Positions 29,467 to 49,447 of a stretch of DNA of 64,000 bases are shown here, one piece after another. The stretch is from the human T2T-CHM13v2.0 reference genome, Homo sapiens. Location of the stretch: the NCBI RefSeq assembly GCF_009914755.1, contig NC_060929.1; one strand, 5' to 3'. Both the position numbers and the translations under genes were made by a program. The notes beneath the pieces were generated by a model. That model was not told the DNA's origin. It saw only the letters and a program-made list of their open reading frames with translations, and made no database searches. Within the stretch, counting starts at the first letter, position 1, and each line of letters starts with the position of its first letter.

Positions 29467-31229
29467 CTAAAAAATACAAAAATAACATATTAATTTTTCC
29501 CTTTAATTCTAGCTTTACATGATGCTCACCAATTCAAGGATGTTGAGAAATTTTTAAAGAGGGAAAGGAGAGCAAGAATTATAAGTTAGAAATAAAGAAA
29601 AACAAATAAAATGGGATGGTTTTTCTCATGAATGTGTCCTCATCTTTCCCTCTAATATTGTTCATATTAACTAAACCAGATATCAATGGTTTAGTTAAGA
29701 TAGTACTGAAAGAACAAGTTCACTTCTAAAAGAGTTGGAAAACTTCAAGAAAGCGACTGTAAGTAGATAAACCACAAACTCTTTTCAACTGGGAGGAAAA
29801 AAATAACTAGATAGCAGTCATTATTTTACTATGCATACATACTTGCCAAAAACAAATATGGAGAATTTCCAAATAAGAATTTTATATCATACTAGTTCAC
29901 TGATAGAGACATGCATTATAAAATCTGCCAACTAAAACTAAGAAAAATAAGAGGTAGTAATAAGCTTAAAACATTTGAGATAGAATACTAACAGACTATA
30001 AGCTCAAGGCAAGGAGAGGCAAGCATTGAGGCTGGAATATACTGGTGCCCAATGATAGAAGGACTTTTAAACCGTTAGAGTGAGCATGGATCTTATCCCA
30101 TAAGTTTCTAAGGAGAAAAGGTGAGTGAGAAGCATGATAAAACCTTGTCTGGCAGTTAACATAGGAATATGAGGTTTCACTTTCTACAAACATACACATT
30201 TATTACTAAACATTATAATTATCTGGACAAACTTTTTAATTCTTTCAAATTTCAGCTTAAGTCTTCCTTCTCAAAGCAGTATTTCACTACCAATCCCATC
30301 TCATTACATCTTTACTTTCCGGTAACAAAATATGATCATCTCTGGTCCCTGTCCTATCAAAGACATTGCTAGTGTACCTTTGTATATACATATATATCAA
30401 GTGCTAATATCTTATTCATTATAGATTGCCTTTAATTATTTGGTATGTCTTTGATCTTCTTCCTCAAATACATGATATGCTATTCATAATTAAGTGCCAC
30501 ATCCTCTACTGTTTTCATACATCTAAATACACATAGCACAATACTGTGAATACAACACCAGAAACAGAAGAGAGTCTCAAAAAGCTTGAGGAATAAATGA
30601 TAGCTGAAAATAATACCAAATTGTTATAGACAATTCTATTTGGACAGTAAATTTTCCACAGAGATCAGGGCATTGTATAATATTGCATAACATTTCTAAA
30701 ATATCACACAGATATGGTATAGCACACTATATTTCAAATCACTACACTTTTTAAAATTACTTAATAAAATAGCTCTGGAAAAGAATTAGACAACGAAGGG
30801 AGGAGCAGGAACAAAGATGGAAGAAAGGAAAACACATATAACTGAGTTGAGAGGATCAGACACTTAAGATTCTACCCTAAACAGGAAAAAAAAATCTCAA
30901 TTTTCTAATAATACAAGCATATGTGTACATGAGATAGACTATATAAATGAGAATTCAAATTCTGATTATTCTTAAGTTATAAAATCTATAAATTATCACA
31001 GGCTCTAACAGCCTCACAAATAAAAACCTGCATAGGGTCTCTATAGCCAAAACGAAATTAAAGATGTGTAAGGAACATTTGCAGCAGGGGGAAATACCAT
31101 CATACAGTCACTGGATTTACTTAGTATAAGAGCAGCCTACCTAAAAGAGCGAATAAAACAAGCCTCTGTGGTCTATAACATTCCATGTAACATCAGAGAT
31201 CTTTGGTATATTGTTAACAATGCACCTAC

Positions 31230-31390
31230 CTGTATAATTTTTGTATTGCATGGGCTGCATTCTTCCTAACATATGGTGATAAGTCAGCAGAAGCTTCCTT
31301 AATAGCAAGCATCATGATAGGTACAATAATTGGCACTCTAATACTTGACAGAACTCTCAAAGCGCTTGCACGAATTAGTTGGTTTGGGTC
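31230..31390 (-). CDS. AP3B1: AP3B1 coding exon (probably exon 5), 161 nt
   Basis: tttttag|GAC CCA AAC...TTA TAC AG|gtaggt; translates [53 protein letters not shown](S); phase 0-2. Confidence 0.97.
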
Positions 31391-32001
31391 CTAAAAATAG
31401 TGCAAAAATATTCACCAAAATTTCAACTTTACAATATTTTAAACATATCTTTCAGACACAGTTAATAGGTGCTTAAAGGGTGTAATATGACAATAGCAAA
31501 AGAAAGCTACTTAATTTAAAATGAACAATTAGTATATAGGAATGGGAAAAAAAGACAGACATAAATGTTTACTTCTTTAATAATGTTTTAAAGAAAAGTA
31601 ATAGTTATAATTCTAGTTGGTCATTTATTACTAAATATGCTGGGTTTTTATACTTTCATAATAATAAAATGCTGCAGGTCATCAATTTCATGTTTAAAAA
31701 TGTCTTATAACCCCTTTTGCGTACTTTCAACAACTAGTATAATGATAAACAGCTCTTTGAAGCATGAAAATAATTATATTGAATATAAACAAACATACAG
31801 AAGCTGTAACATATACAGCAAGGTTTCAGTTGGTTGTATAAATTATTTTCTAAGTGTACTGAGTAGGCACTATAGGAGGCTTTTAACTCTTTCAAGACAC
31901 TACTGTGCTATTTAGTGGATTATCGCTCCACTTCTTTAACTGACACACTTTCAACTCTGCAGAAACCTTGTAGCTATTTGCCTACTCACTCCATTATTTA
32001 C

Positions 32002-32097
32002 CTTCAGAGCTCGCTGAAAAGTGCTTATGGACAGGAGTGCAAGATCCTGCTGTTCTTCAGCATATCGAACCAGGTAAACATATACCAACTTCTTGAT
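32002..32097 (-). CDS. AP3B1: AP3B1 coding exon (probably exon 4), 96 nt
   Basis: T-rich tract then aacag|ATC AAG...CTG AAG|gtaaat; translates [32 protein letters not shown]; phase 0-0. Confidence 0.97.
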
Positions 32098-32432
32098 CTG
32101 TTAAAAAAAAAATCATTTATTCATAGCCAGAGTGAAAATTTAAAACTCAGTATTTGCTATACCAAAATCCATGCTCAATTCTTCTCAAGTAAATAACTGA
32201 ATCTGGTCACATGTTAGATTGTAAAATAAAAATAATATTTTGTGGGATAATAAGTACAACAGGAAAAGCTTTTAAAGTAAGCATTTTAATAGTCCAGTTC
32301 ACAATAGCAATAGCCTATCAAAGTGTCCCTTCCTCTTGAAGGGAATAAAAAATCCCTGAGCAGATCTCATATAAGAATATTAACTAAATTGTAAAAATAT
32401 TTTCAAAATGAGGGATAAAAATAAAAGAAAGA

Positions 32433-32560
32433 AGCCAGGCATGGCGTACATGCTTGTAGTCCCAGCTACACAGGAGGCTGAGGCAGGAGGATCACTTGAG
32501 CCCAGGAGTTAGAGGCTATCCTGGGCAACACAGAGAGACCCTACCTCTTTAAAAAATAAT
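32433..32560 (+). mobile_element. FLAM-A / Alu monomer
   Basis: Single ~125-nt monomer with A tail. Confidence 0.85.
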
Positions 32561-32782
32561 AAGAGAAAGAATTTGGGCCCAGGCCACTAACTATATGTTA
32601 TGGGAACTTGTTTCCTCATCTGTTAAAAGAGTCCAGAGCCCTAACTCTGATTTTTATGGTAATACTCACATTTCAACATGCATTACATGATATTTTCAGT
32701 CCAGTAAGAATAATGTGTGACTATGAATACCAATTTAACGTAATAAAAATTCAAGAAGATTGGATGTGTGTTCTGGAAACAG

Positions 32783-33094
32783 TTTTTTTTGGTTTTCGAT
32801 TTTTTTTCTGAGACACAGTCTTGCTTTGTCGCACAGGGTGCAGTGCAATAGCACAATCACGGCTCACTGCAGCCTCAACCTCCTGGCCTCATGCCATCCT
32901 CCCACCTCAGCCTCTCCAGTGGCTGGAACTACAGGTATGCACCACCACACCCGGCTTTTTTTTAGGATTTTATAGAGACGGGGTCTTCCTATGTTGCCTA
33001 CCCAGGCTGGTCTCAAACTCCTGGGCTTAACTGGTCCTCCCACCTCAGCCTCCCAAAGCACAGGGGTTACAGGCATGAGCCATTATGCCCAGCC
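32783..33094 (-). mobile_element. AluJ
   Basis: Reverse dimer with cactgcagcctcaacctcctgg. Confidence 0.92.
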
Positions 33095-33309
33095 TTGAAA
33101 ACAAGTTTTAAAGGTAATTTAATCACTAAGTTTACAACAAAATTATGAACAGAAAAAGAAATAAACAAAAACTAGAATTTGAGTTGAAATTTATCCATTG
33201 CTTCCTTCTAGCACTATTTATAGCCTGTATCTACCTTCTCAAATATCTTCACATTCCTGATTACCCTTCTAAGATACCAGCACAGTATATACCTAAAAGT
33301 TATGTACTC

Positions 33310-33634
<325 letters not shown>

Positions 33635-34654
33635 AAAAGTTATATACTCAAAGAACACAAGAAATGAGGGGAAAAAGTTGGAGATAGCTGGAATTGGTGC
33701 TGGAAATATAAAAACAGTACTATACTGGATCATATTTCCAGTCATACTAACCAATCTGGACTACTTTAGAGACAACTGTCATGACCTTCCTTCCTTGTAC
33801 CCTAATTTCTCGTGAAACATAACAGCTTTAGTTCCTCCACCATCCTGTTTGCTCCTTCCTAAACTCACTCCAATTTTTTTCAGCGTGACACTACAAACTA
33901 CAAATAAAGTCTAAACAGAACAAACTAGATAAGAACTTGCTCCAGATGAGGTACTTCCACAGATATGACTAATTCTTGATTAAAACCATACACCTTTTCC
34001 AAATGTACTGCTGACCAAATCAAAATTCAACTGTCCTCATGGAATTTTTTTAAAATTATTTTAAATGAAAGGCAAAATCTTCCATTTATCTACAGAAATT
34101 GTCAACAATTTAGATTCAACACATCTTGGCACCCTGTTAAGATAATTTGAGATGATAATTTTATAATCCAAACTATTTCTCAATTCATAAGTACAAATGA
34201 AAACTTAATGAGCAAACAAACTTTGTACATCTTCATCGTTGATAAATATGTTAAACACAACCATTTTAAGTTGATATCAATCCATTCATCTATACTATAC
34301 GGGTAGAGTTATAAATGAAATGAAAAAACCTTTTTCCAATTACTCTTCAATGTTGAATGGCTCCACAAAACCTTAAAAACAAAATCTAAAGCTCTTAACC
34401 TAGTACTCAATACAGTTTATAATCTGTTCGAAACCTCCTTTCCTAGTCAAACAGAAATAGTCCCCAAATATAACTTGCACTCTTTATCTCAATCTCCACT
34501 CAGGTTATCCCAAGTTATCCCGCTTCACCAAGTTCCACTTCCCCAAGTTCCACTTATTAAAATCTTCCACAAGAGCAAAAATTAAACAATAAAGAGTCCT
34601 AGTAGATAAACAGTAAACAAATGACAGTTCCTCCATATAACACTATACTATTCA

Positions 34655-35344
<690 letters not shown>

Positions 35345-35420
35345 TAAAATTTTTTAAAGGTGTAAAAGAGTATGCATTGTATGATCTCACTTCTGTATAA
35401 AAAAAAAATAGATGCCCACA

Positions 35421-35615
35421 TACTGTATTTTATGCAATCTAAATAGACCACCAATTGTAAAACATACCATTATATTATGGACCACAAAGGAAAGAACAAC
35501 AACAAACAAACAGAAAACACTACCCATCGTAATCACCACCAGTTGTTAAGTTAAATCCCAACTGCAGAAACTTTAAAATAGCAAACATATGTCTTAGAAT
35601 GGACATAATATGGTA
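35421..35615. mobile_element. MER104-like TcMar DNA transposon fossil
   Basis: Terminal inverted repeats tactgtattttatgcaatctaa...cttagaatggacataatatggta, ~195 nt. Confidence 0.7.
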
Positions 35616-35825
35616 ATAATAGCAAATCCTTATAGGTAGCATTAACTACATGTCAGACACTGTTCTAAATGTCTTACATAAATTAACTCATTTTATCCTC
35701 ACAACTCAATAAACAAGTATTTATTCTTATTTTACAGATAAGAAAATGAAACACAGACAGGGTAAGTAACTTGACTAAAGTACCGTATCTATTAAATAGA
35801 AGAACTAAGATTCAAGTCAAGTAAG
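35616..35825 (-). mobile_element. MIR SINE
   Basis: attttacagataagaaaatgaaacacaga...taagtaacttgactaaag. Confidence 0.8.
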
Positions 35826-36159
35826 CACAAAATTGAGAAATCTATACAATAAAATGTTAATAGTAACTATCTCTGTGTGATGGTATTAACCAGTGACTTT
35901 CACTCTTTACATCCTTCTATATTATCTTTAAAGGAATATTAATTACTTTGGGGTCAGATAAAACAATAAAGATATTTCACGATAGGGGTGAATCTCATCT
36001 TTCCAGATGGCCCTCAAAACAAAATAATAGTGCTGTGATTCTTCTAATACTTTAAATTCTTTAATTATAAAAAGATTTCAAATTGGTAATGTTTTTAAGT
36101 TCCCACATTCCTCGGAGAGACAGGTTTTTCTAAAGCCTTGGCAACATGTAGCCACCAGA

Positions 36160-36902
<743 letters not shown>

Positions 36903-37043
36903 TAACACTACAATTATAAAATTCAGGAAACATAACATCAGTGCATTATTTATTATCTAATAAATAATCCATATTTAGAAATTCTCAATAACATCCTATA
37001 TTTATAGTATTTTTTCTGATCTGGGATCATGCATCATATTTAA

Positions 37044-37477
<434 letters not shown>

Positions 37478-37579
37478 TGAAAGGAAAACTGCCTGCGACA
37501 GCTTTTGTTCTTCACCTCAATCTGCTATAACTTTCCAGCTAGAATTTAAATGTGTAAGGCCCTACATCTACATTATATT

Positions 37580-37720
37580 ACTCGTTTAATTCTCATATCT
37601 ATCCTAGGTACAATTATCTCCCTCTCAAAGATAAGGAAAGTAAGGCTCAGAGGTTTATATAACTTGCCCAAAGTCACAGAGCTAGCAAGTGCAGAATCAG
37701 GATGCAAACGGGCATGTTCC
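37580..37720 (-). mobile_element. MIR SINE
   Basis: gataaggaaagtaaggctcagagg...aacttgcccaaagtcacagagctagcaagt. Confidence 0.8.
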
Positions 37721-38907
37721 TAACTACTACATGTTGTGGCCTATGATGGCAGTCCGCAGATATTTCTATTAAGGTACCCCTAACAAAAGAGGAGACAACT
37801 CTTCCCCTAAGAGCATCTGAAAACCTAGGAAAAAAATTATATTTTATTTATAATATATACATTTATAAAAGAAGAATGCTTTAAATCACTGTTTTTTAAC
37901 CCCAATTGCACATCTTCTCATTTGAAAATGACATCATTGCAGTATTATTATTAAAAATCCAACAAGAAATTTACAACTGTAGTAAAAGGTAGTAATGACT
38001 TCATTCCATAGAACCCCATCTCTATTATCAATGTACTTTCCATCTATATTCACGATTAGACTCTTTACACTTTCTTGGTTTAAATTAGTGCTTCTCAACC
38101 TTCAGAATTTTTCAAACCCAAAATACACATATTTGTGAAACACTGTTCCTTTAAATGATCACTTGGAACCAAGTGATGTTACACAAGAATACAAATATAG
38201 GTATAAGATGGAAACCAAATGATTCAAACTATACTTAATGTTTCAGATTATATTTAAGTGTAAATATAAGTTTTTCAAATTCTTAGATCAGTTTTAGAAG
38301 CGCTTCTCTAACTATTTGAGGATAGATGACTTTTTCCTCAACTAGATTTAAAGTTCCTAAGAATACAGCAATGGTAGAAAGCAATTAACACGTGGTTGAC
38401 TGATTAACAGCAGTCAATATATCAAATATATATCAATATATCAGCAGTTGATTAACAACAGTTTCAATATATCAAATCAACACATAATATGTATTTAACT
38501 AAGTAATTTATCCCATCTGCCTGGAAGTGAACTTGAGGCTATTTAGTACAACAACCATTTCTTATTCATCTGTATATTGCAAGGACTTATTACATTGCTT
38601 GGCATGTAGTAAAAGCTCAATATTTATCAGCTGGATCACATTCCAGACCAACTGTAGACTGAAAAAAATTAAGACATTTCCCATTAGAGTGCTACATCTA
38701 GGATCTAACTTCTCACACCAGTGGGTATAATTCATTGAACAGCAAAGTCTAGAAAGACACCAACATACTATGAAGAAAACAACAGGTTTTGGAAAGACTG
38801 CCTCCAAAGTCTTTAACTTGTTAGTCTGGTTGTTTTTTTGGTGTATGTGGGTGTGTGGGGAGGGGTGTGTGTGTGTCAGTGAGTGGGGGTGGAGGTGTGG
38901 GTGTATG

Positions 38908-39032
38908 TTTAAAGAGAGATAGGGTCTCGCTCTGTTGCCCAGGCTGGCCTCAAACTCCTGGGCTCAAGAGAGACTCCTGCCTCAGCCTCCCTGGTAATTA
39001 GGACTCTAGGTGCACACCAACACAGCTGGTTT
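38908..39032 (-). mobile_element. FLAM/Alu monomer preceded by a GT-rich simple repeat (38840-38908)
   Basis: gagatagggtctcgctctgttgcccaggctggcctcaaactcctgggctcaag. Confidence 0.85.
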
Positions 39033-40354
39033 GGTTTTTTAAAATATTCTTTTAAAATATTCTTTCTCTTTACTAATTATATTCAGATCTCACTCTACAG
39101 TTCTCTGGAAAGTTTTGAGAAAGAATGGGTCCAGTTCTCCCTTATCCCCTTACAATTTATTTCTCAGCAATACCTTTATTCACCAAGTACAGCCAGCTTT
39201 TAAAACTGGATTATGAACTCTAGAATATATCACAGAGTTTATATTGGCAACACTGAAACATTCAGAACCACAGCTGAGCTAGCAGGCATTGCAATAATTA
39301 CTCACTATTGGAGAAGGATTTCTGTGACTGTTATGGCAAAAAGCATAACAATATTAAATCACAGAAGGTTGCGAAACACTAAATTTGTTCTACTTCTGTT
39401 ATAAGAATCAATCAATATTGACCACAAGAGGCCTATGCACTGACAGGCTGCAGGTGTGCAAAGAAAGCCTACCTTCCCTGAAACCATTCTGTGACCAGAA
39501 ATGGGAGTAGTTAAAGCTCCGTGACTACATCATTCTCTGATCGGTTACTTTCATTCAATGTTATAACACTCCTTGCTGTAAAGCTAATCATAGCAGAGCC
39601 CCAGTAGGCTGGAAGAACACAGACAGATCTGTTTAATTAGCTTATCAATACTAGTACATCAAACTTCATGAGTTATTGACTAAACCTTTGATTATTTTTG
39701 TACTATAACCACTGATTGCTTACTAGGTCACTTTTGGTATCATTTGACATTTAATGGTAGATGACGTACAGCTCACCTGTGTGTCTAAAGCAGCATGTAC
39801 TTGTAAAAATGAAATTTTGCACTTGAGAGGAGTGAAACATTCAATTTCTGAACATAAGTTTTAAGAAACTTATGTCAGTTTTCCCAAAACATTAAAGGCT
39901 TAACCATGTTTCAAAAAAATAAAATAAACAAGGTATTTAAAGAACGAAAGAAATCCAAAACAAATAGACCAATAATTATGTTTATATTGACATTTTTGTA
40001 ACAGAACATTAGGCAGCTACCAGAATCTAATTGTAAAGGGAAAATATGAGCAAATGGAAAAGTTCTCCTACTGATAACTATTTGAATAGTAAAACAGTTC
40101 TGAAGGAACAATAATTGGTATGGAATTTTCTGTTTACAACAAGAACTAGAAGTCCTCAGGGAACTAGCTACTTTACCACCAATTTCTAAGGACTTCGTCA
40201 TTTCTACCCATAACTAAAACATAAAAAAAAAAAATATGCCAATACTAGGTACCTCCCAAAGGATGGCTAATGCCAGATGTTGATAAGGAGTCAAAAATAT
40301 TAAGAGACAAAACAGAGGGAGGAATCATCAAACAGGAAAGATGGCGCTGAATGG

Positions 40355-40590
40355 GCTAAGATGGGTTCTGAAGTCAAGCAACCTAGCTTTGGATTCTGAC
40401 TGCTACACACTGGCTGTGTGACCTTGATCAGCTAATTTAACCTTTCTGCCATCTTGTCCTCATATATAAAATACAAGTAATGACAGAAACAGCCCCACAG
40501 GGTTATTTGTGAGGATAAAACGGAGTAGATCTATGCAAGGCACTAATAACCTTGGTCAGACAGGTTTTTTTAATGTTAGCAATTATTCCT
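40355..40590 (+). mobile_element. MIR SINE
   Basis: ggctgtgtgaccttgatcagctaatttaacctttctg...cacagggttatttgtgaggataaaa. Confidence 0.8.
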
Positions 40591-41064
40591 ATTGCTACTA
40601 AGAGACTCTATTCCTGATAATACTAAGACAAGCTTCACCTATGCCTCATAATTTTTCTAAGTTAAATGTTTATTTTTTCCAGATATTTGGACTTTCTTAT
40701 ACCACAGGCCATAAAACTAATAAACATATCAAATTAGAAGCTCAGATATCATGGCCATAAGGTGTCAAAGGGAGAGTAGTTAAAAATTATCAATTCAGAA
40801 TTATATATAACAAGCACATAGTGTTTAATAAATATCTACTAAATTAATCATAAGTAAAATTGATTTTACTCAAGAAATCTACAAAGAAAGTATGGTTTAT
40901 CAAGTCATTTAAATACAGTACTAATTTAATCTAATTCATAAACTGGCCACAAGAATACAACTGTTTTGATTTTGGCTTATCCAACTTAGTCTAATTGAGT
41001 TTATAAGAACTATTTCATTTTGATAGAAAAATTCATCTATCTGAAATACAGAATGCACTTCCTA

Positions 41065-42550
<1,486 letters not shown>

Positions 42551-42559
42551 GAAATGCAA

Positions 42560-43732
<1,173 letters not shown>

Positions 43733-44733
43733 TTAAGTAATATTTAAAGAACATTAGCTCAAAAATGTTTTCTTTTTCTCTGGTTGGTTTTGCTGGCAAG
43801 AATACTTTGAACATTTAAAATCATCACGCAAAATAGAAAAAACTTCACTACCAAAAAATGACCATACTATGCATGGAAAATAAAATCATAACTACAAAAT
43901 TAGCGAACCCTCTGAAATCACACACCCATCCTCCTTACGCTCTCACACTTGCCCGTGCAAGAATGCTTGTGCACTTTCTCTGTCACCATAACCATGTTCC
44001 CTGGATTAGAATGTTTCTGTTATTTGTTAATGAGCTTCATCATCTGCCAATAAAATGGCAAACAAATAGTAGCAGTAACACATCTTTAATTTTATGGTGA
44101 GGGAAAGGCTTTAAAGCTTTAAACTGAGAAAAATTTATCAATTAACCAGGCTTTTTCAATTAATTTATCAATTAACCAGGGTGGAGAGGAGAATGTAACC
44201 TTAATACTAGACTATATTAGTGTAGCTTACAGAAAACAGTATTTTACTGGGACGTGTTCATTCAATAAATCCACATATATGTACTGAGTGCTTAGTACAT
44301 GTCATGAGTAGTCTGAGAAACTTGGGAAATATTCTTGGGCTCAGTCCTAGAAATCCCAAAAAGCCCCAAATCATCAAGGTCTGGATATACCCAAATAGGT
44401 CTTTTTCACTGGACATATGCTATCTTAAAATTAAGTCCCTGGAACAAAATTTAAACTAAACGGGCCTCTAGGAACAGGTGAAAACTCGACAACTTACCAT
44501 CATTCACTCAGGGGAATCAATCGGTTTTGCTTTTCATATTTTCTACCAAAAATCCAAAGCTAGGATTGTGCCTACTTTTTATTTGATCTTACCTACATTT
44601 AAAATTAAGGACATTTTAATCATAACAAAAATCTAGTGATACTTAAGTATCTTATGTTGCATTATACTACATAAAAAGTGTACGGTCCCATGAAAACAAA
44701 AGGAATCATAAAAATTATAGATCAAAACAGTAC

Positions 44734-44808
44734 CTCAATATTTTTACTGGCCACATTCTTCACAACAGCAGGAAACAGTTCAGATGCATTTTTCCCTTTT
44801 GCAATCAT
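44734..44808 (-). CDS. AP3B1: AP-3 complex subunit beta-1, coding exon (probably exon 3), 75 nt
   Basis: Minus strand reads ttcag|ATG ATT GCA...ATT GAG|gtactg and translates [25 protein letters not shown], matching beta-3A adaptin; phase 0-0. Confidence 0.97.
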
Positions 44809-45076
44809 CTGAAGAATAAACAAAACAGACAATATGGGAAATTCTATATATATTAAATATTTAGAAGATTAGGTCAACAAATAAGCTACGTAATTAACCG
44901 CTGAACTCTTTTTGAATCATCTTACCTCAACTATTTACAGCAAATAATAAACACTATCTTGTACAGCAATATAAATACACAAATACATAGACACAATAAA
45001 CAAGAAATATTTAGTAACTTAAGATATATATTTAAATATTTTACTAGTTTTCTCTGGCTAACTGGGTTATAAGTAA

Positions 45077-45282
45077 TTTTTTTTTTTTTTTAGACAGATC
45101 CTACTCTGTCTCCCAGGCTAGAGTCCAGTGGCTCAATCATAGCTCACGGCAGCTTCGACCTCCCAGGTTTAAGTGATCCCCCACCTCAGCTTCAGCTGAG
45201 GCTACAGGCGTATGTCATCATGCCTGGCTAATTTTCGAATTTTTTTGTAGAGACAGGGTACCACTATGTTGCCCAGGCTGGG
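45077..45282 (-). mobile_element. AluJ, 5' truncated
   Basis: Right arm plus part of left arm, ends atgttgcccaggctgg. Confidence 0.88.
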
Positions 45283-45559
45283 TAAAAACTTTTTAAAAAT
45301 ATTTAAAAATATTTTTGCTATTTTCTATTTTCCAGGATCTGACATTAAAGATGTACTGCATTTGCAATGGGGGAATTGAGAGAGGGATGAATGTTACTTT
45401 GAACCAACTAATTATGTGACCCTTTGCTTTCTTTTCATAGGTTACCCTACTTCTGCAACCATTGCTTTTCAAAGTTGCCTTCACTAAACATTCTTCCTCT
45501 GCCCACTAAAGTTCTGCGCACCACCATCTTTTCAGCCTACACTGTTCTACAATCTCTGA

Positions 45560-46578
<1,019 letters not shown>

Positions 46579-47145
46579 TCCTCTAGAATATTTTAATCTA
46601 CACTTATCATTTAGAATTTCCTGTGCACTATTTTACATTTCTATTTATTTTAGTTTTATATCTATCTGTATTCCCATTTTGTCTTTCTCATTCTCAGATT
46701 ATAACTTTATATCTTTTAAAAGTCCAGACTTTGGTAACCACAAAATAAAGTTCAAACTATAGGGTAATTTGGGGAAAAGGGATTCCTTATGAATTACATA
46801 CCATATCTAATAAACTGCCTTTAAAAAGATATTAGCTTTATTAATTTACAACAAATGTTATATAAATATGTGATACTTGAAGCATTAGAATCCCCGTTAC
46901 CAATTTCTTATAAGAACTTTCTATATGATAGCCTTAAAATATTCTTGAATACAAGCTAGTCTTTTTATATTCTATTTCCTTACCTGTGACATTCTTTTGA
47001 GTATTTTGTGAAACCTGCTGAGCACTATGGAGGGTTTACAAAATACTGAAGCTAAGACATCTTTCTATGATTTGTACACCTCTCTCCATTTTCTCATCTT
47101 TGAAATAAGAAAAGAGAGGGATTAAATGTTCTGTAGGACCCCTGC

Positions 47146-47178
47146 CATTCATTCATTCATTCATTCATTCATTCATTC
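47146..47178. repeat. (CATT)8 tetranucleotide repeat
   Basis: Perfect CATT array, typical of an L2 tail. Confidence 0.95.
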
Positions 47179-47289
47179 AATGATTACCTAAAGTCAGACA
47201 TCCTGTCCTATGGTATCCTACTCCATGACTATCTAACTTTATTCCGCAGAACGTTATTCAAATATGGGGAAGGAAAAAAACACCACAAT

Positions 47290-48570
<1,281 letters not shown>

Positions 48571-48586
48571 TAAAAGTAGAAATTGT

Positions 48587-48876
48587 GGCCAGGTGCGGTG
48601 GCTCACGCCTGTCATCCCAGCACTTTGGGAGGCCGAGGAGCGTGGATCACAAGGTCTGGAGATCGAGACCATCCTGGCCAACATGCTGAAATCCTGTCTC
48701 TACTAAAAATACAAAAATTAGCTGGGTGTGGTGGTACGTGCCTGTAATCCCAGCTACTCAGGAGGCTGAGGCACGAGAATCGCTTGAACCCAGGAGGCGA
48801 AGGTTATAGTGAGCCAAGATCGCACCCCTGCACTCCAGCGTGGTGACAGAGCAAGACTCTGTCTCAAAAAAAAAAC
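48587..48876 (+). mobile_element. AluSc-like
   Basis: gatcgagaccatcctggccaacatg; perfect TSD aaagtagaaattgt (48573-48586, 48877-48890). Confidence 0.95.
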
Positions 48877-48894
48877 AAAGTAGAAATTGTGGAG

Positions 48895-49447
48895 TGTTGG
48901 GGACCAGCCTCAAAACCACCCATAGGGTACCCAAAGTCCGGTGGCAACAAAGGATTGAGAAGAGACAAGTTAAGAGTAAAGGTGGGGAGCCAGGGGGCCA
49001 GTTGTACTTTTGGAGGCTGCAAAAGGCTCAGAGCTCTGGTCTCCACACTATTTATTGAGTACAATCACTTAGATCTGAGAAGCAGACGTTCAGGGCGAAA
49101 CAGTGAAAGGGAGGCAATGCGTAATAGGCGTAATCTACAGCGATAGTGGTTTAAATGAATCTCCTTTGTGCTCAAACAGCCTATCTTTAACTTATCAGAG
49201 AGCAGCTAGTAGGAGCGGGCTTAACTAGGAGCCTGCACGCCTGTTCACATTCCAGTGTTTCAAAGGAGTGTCTTTCTCCTTGAACACAGTGTTTACAGAT
49301 AAGAAAGCGGGTCTCCCTCTGAGCATGGGAACATGATGGCAATTAGGAGACTTTCCTCCTCAGAGGCCTCTTGTGGCTTCCACAACTTATTGTCCCATAT
49401 TTTTATGGCCAGTTTATACAGACACCCCACAAGCCCTTTTCCCAACA
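48895..49447 (-). mobile_element. LTR14 solo LTR (HERV-K(C4)/HML-10)
   Basis: Minus strand begins TGTTGGGAAAAGGGCTTGTGGGG...TATAAACTGGCCATAAAAATATGGGACAATAAGTTGTGGAA and ends CCCCAACA; 553 nt; AATAAA at 49056-49051; TSD tggag/tgaag. Confidence 0.85.
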
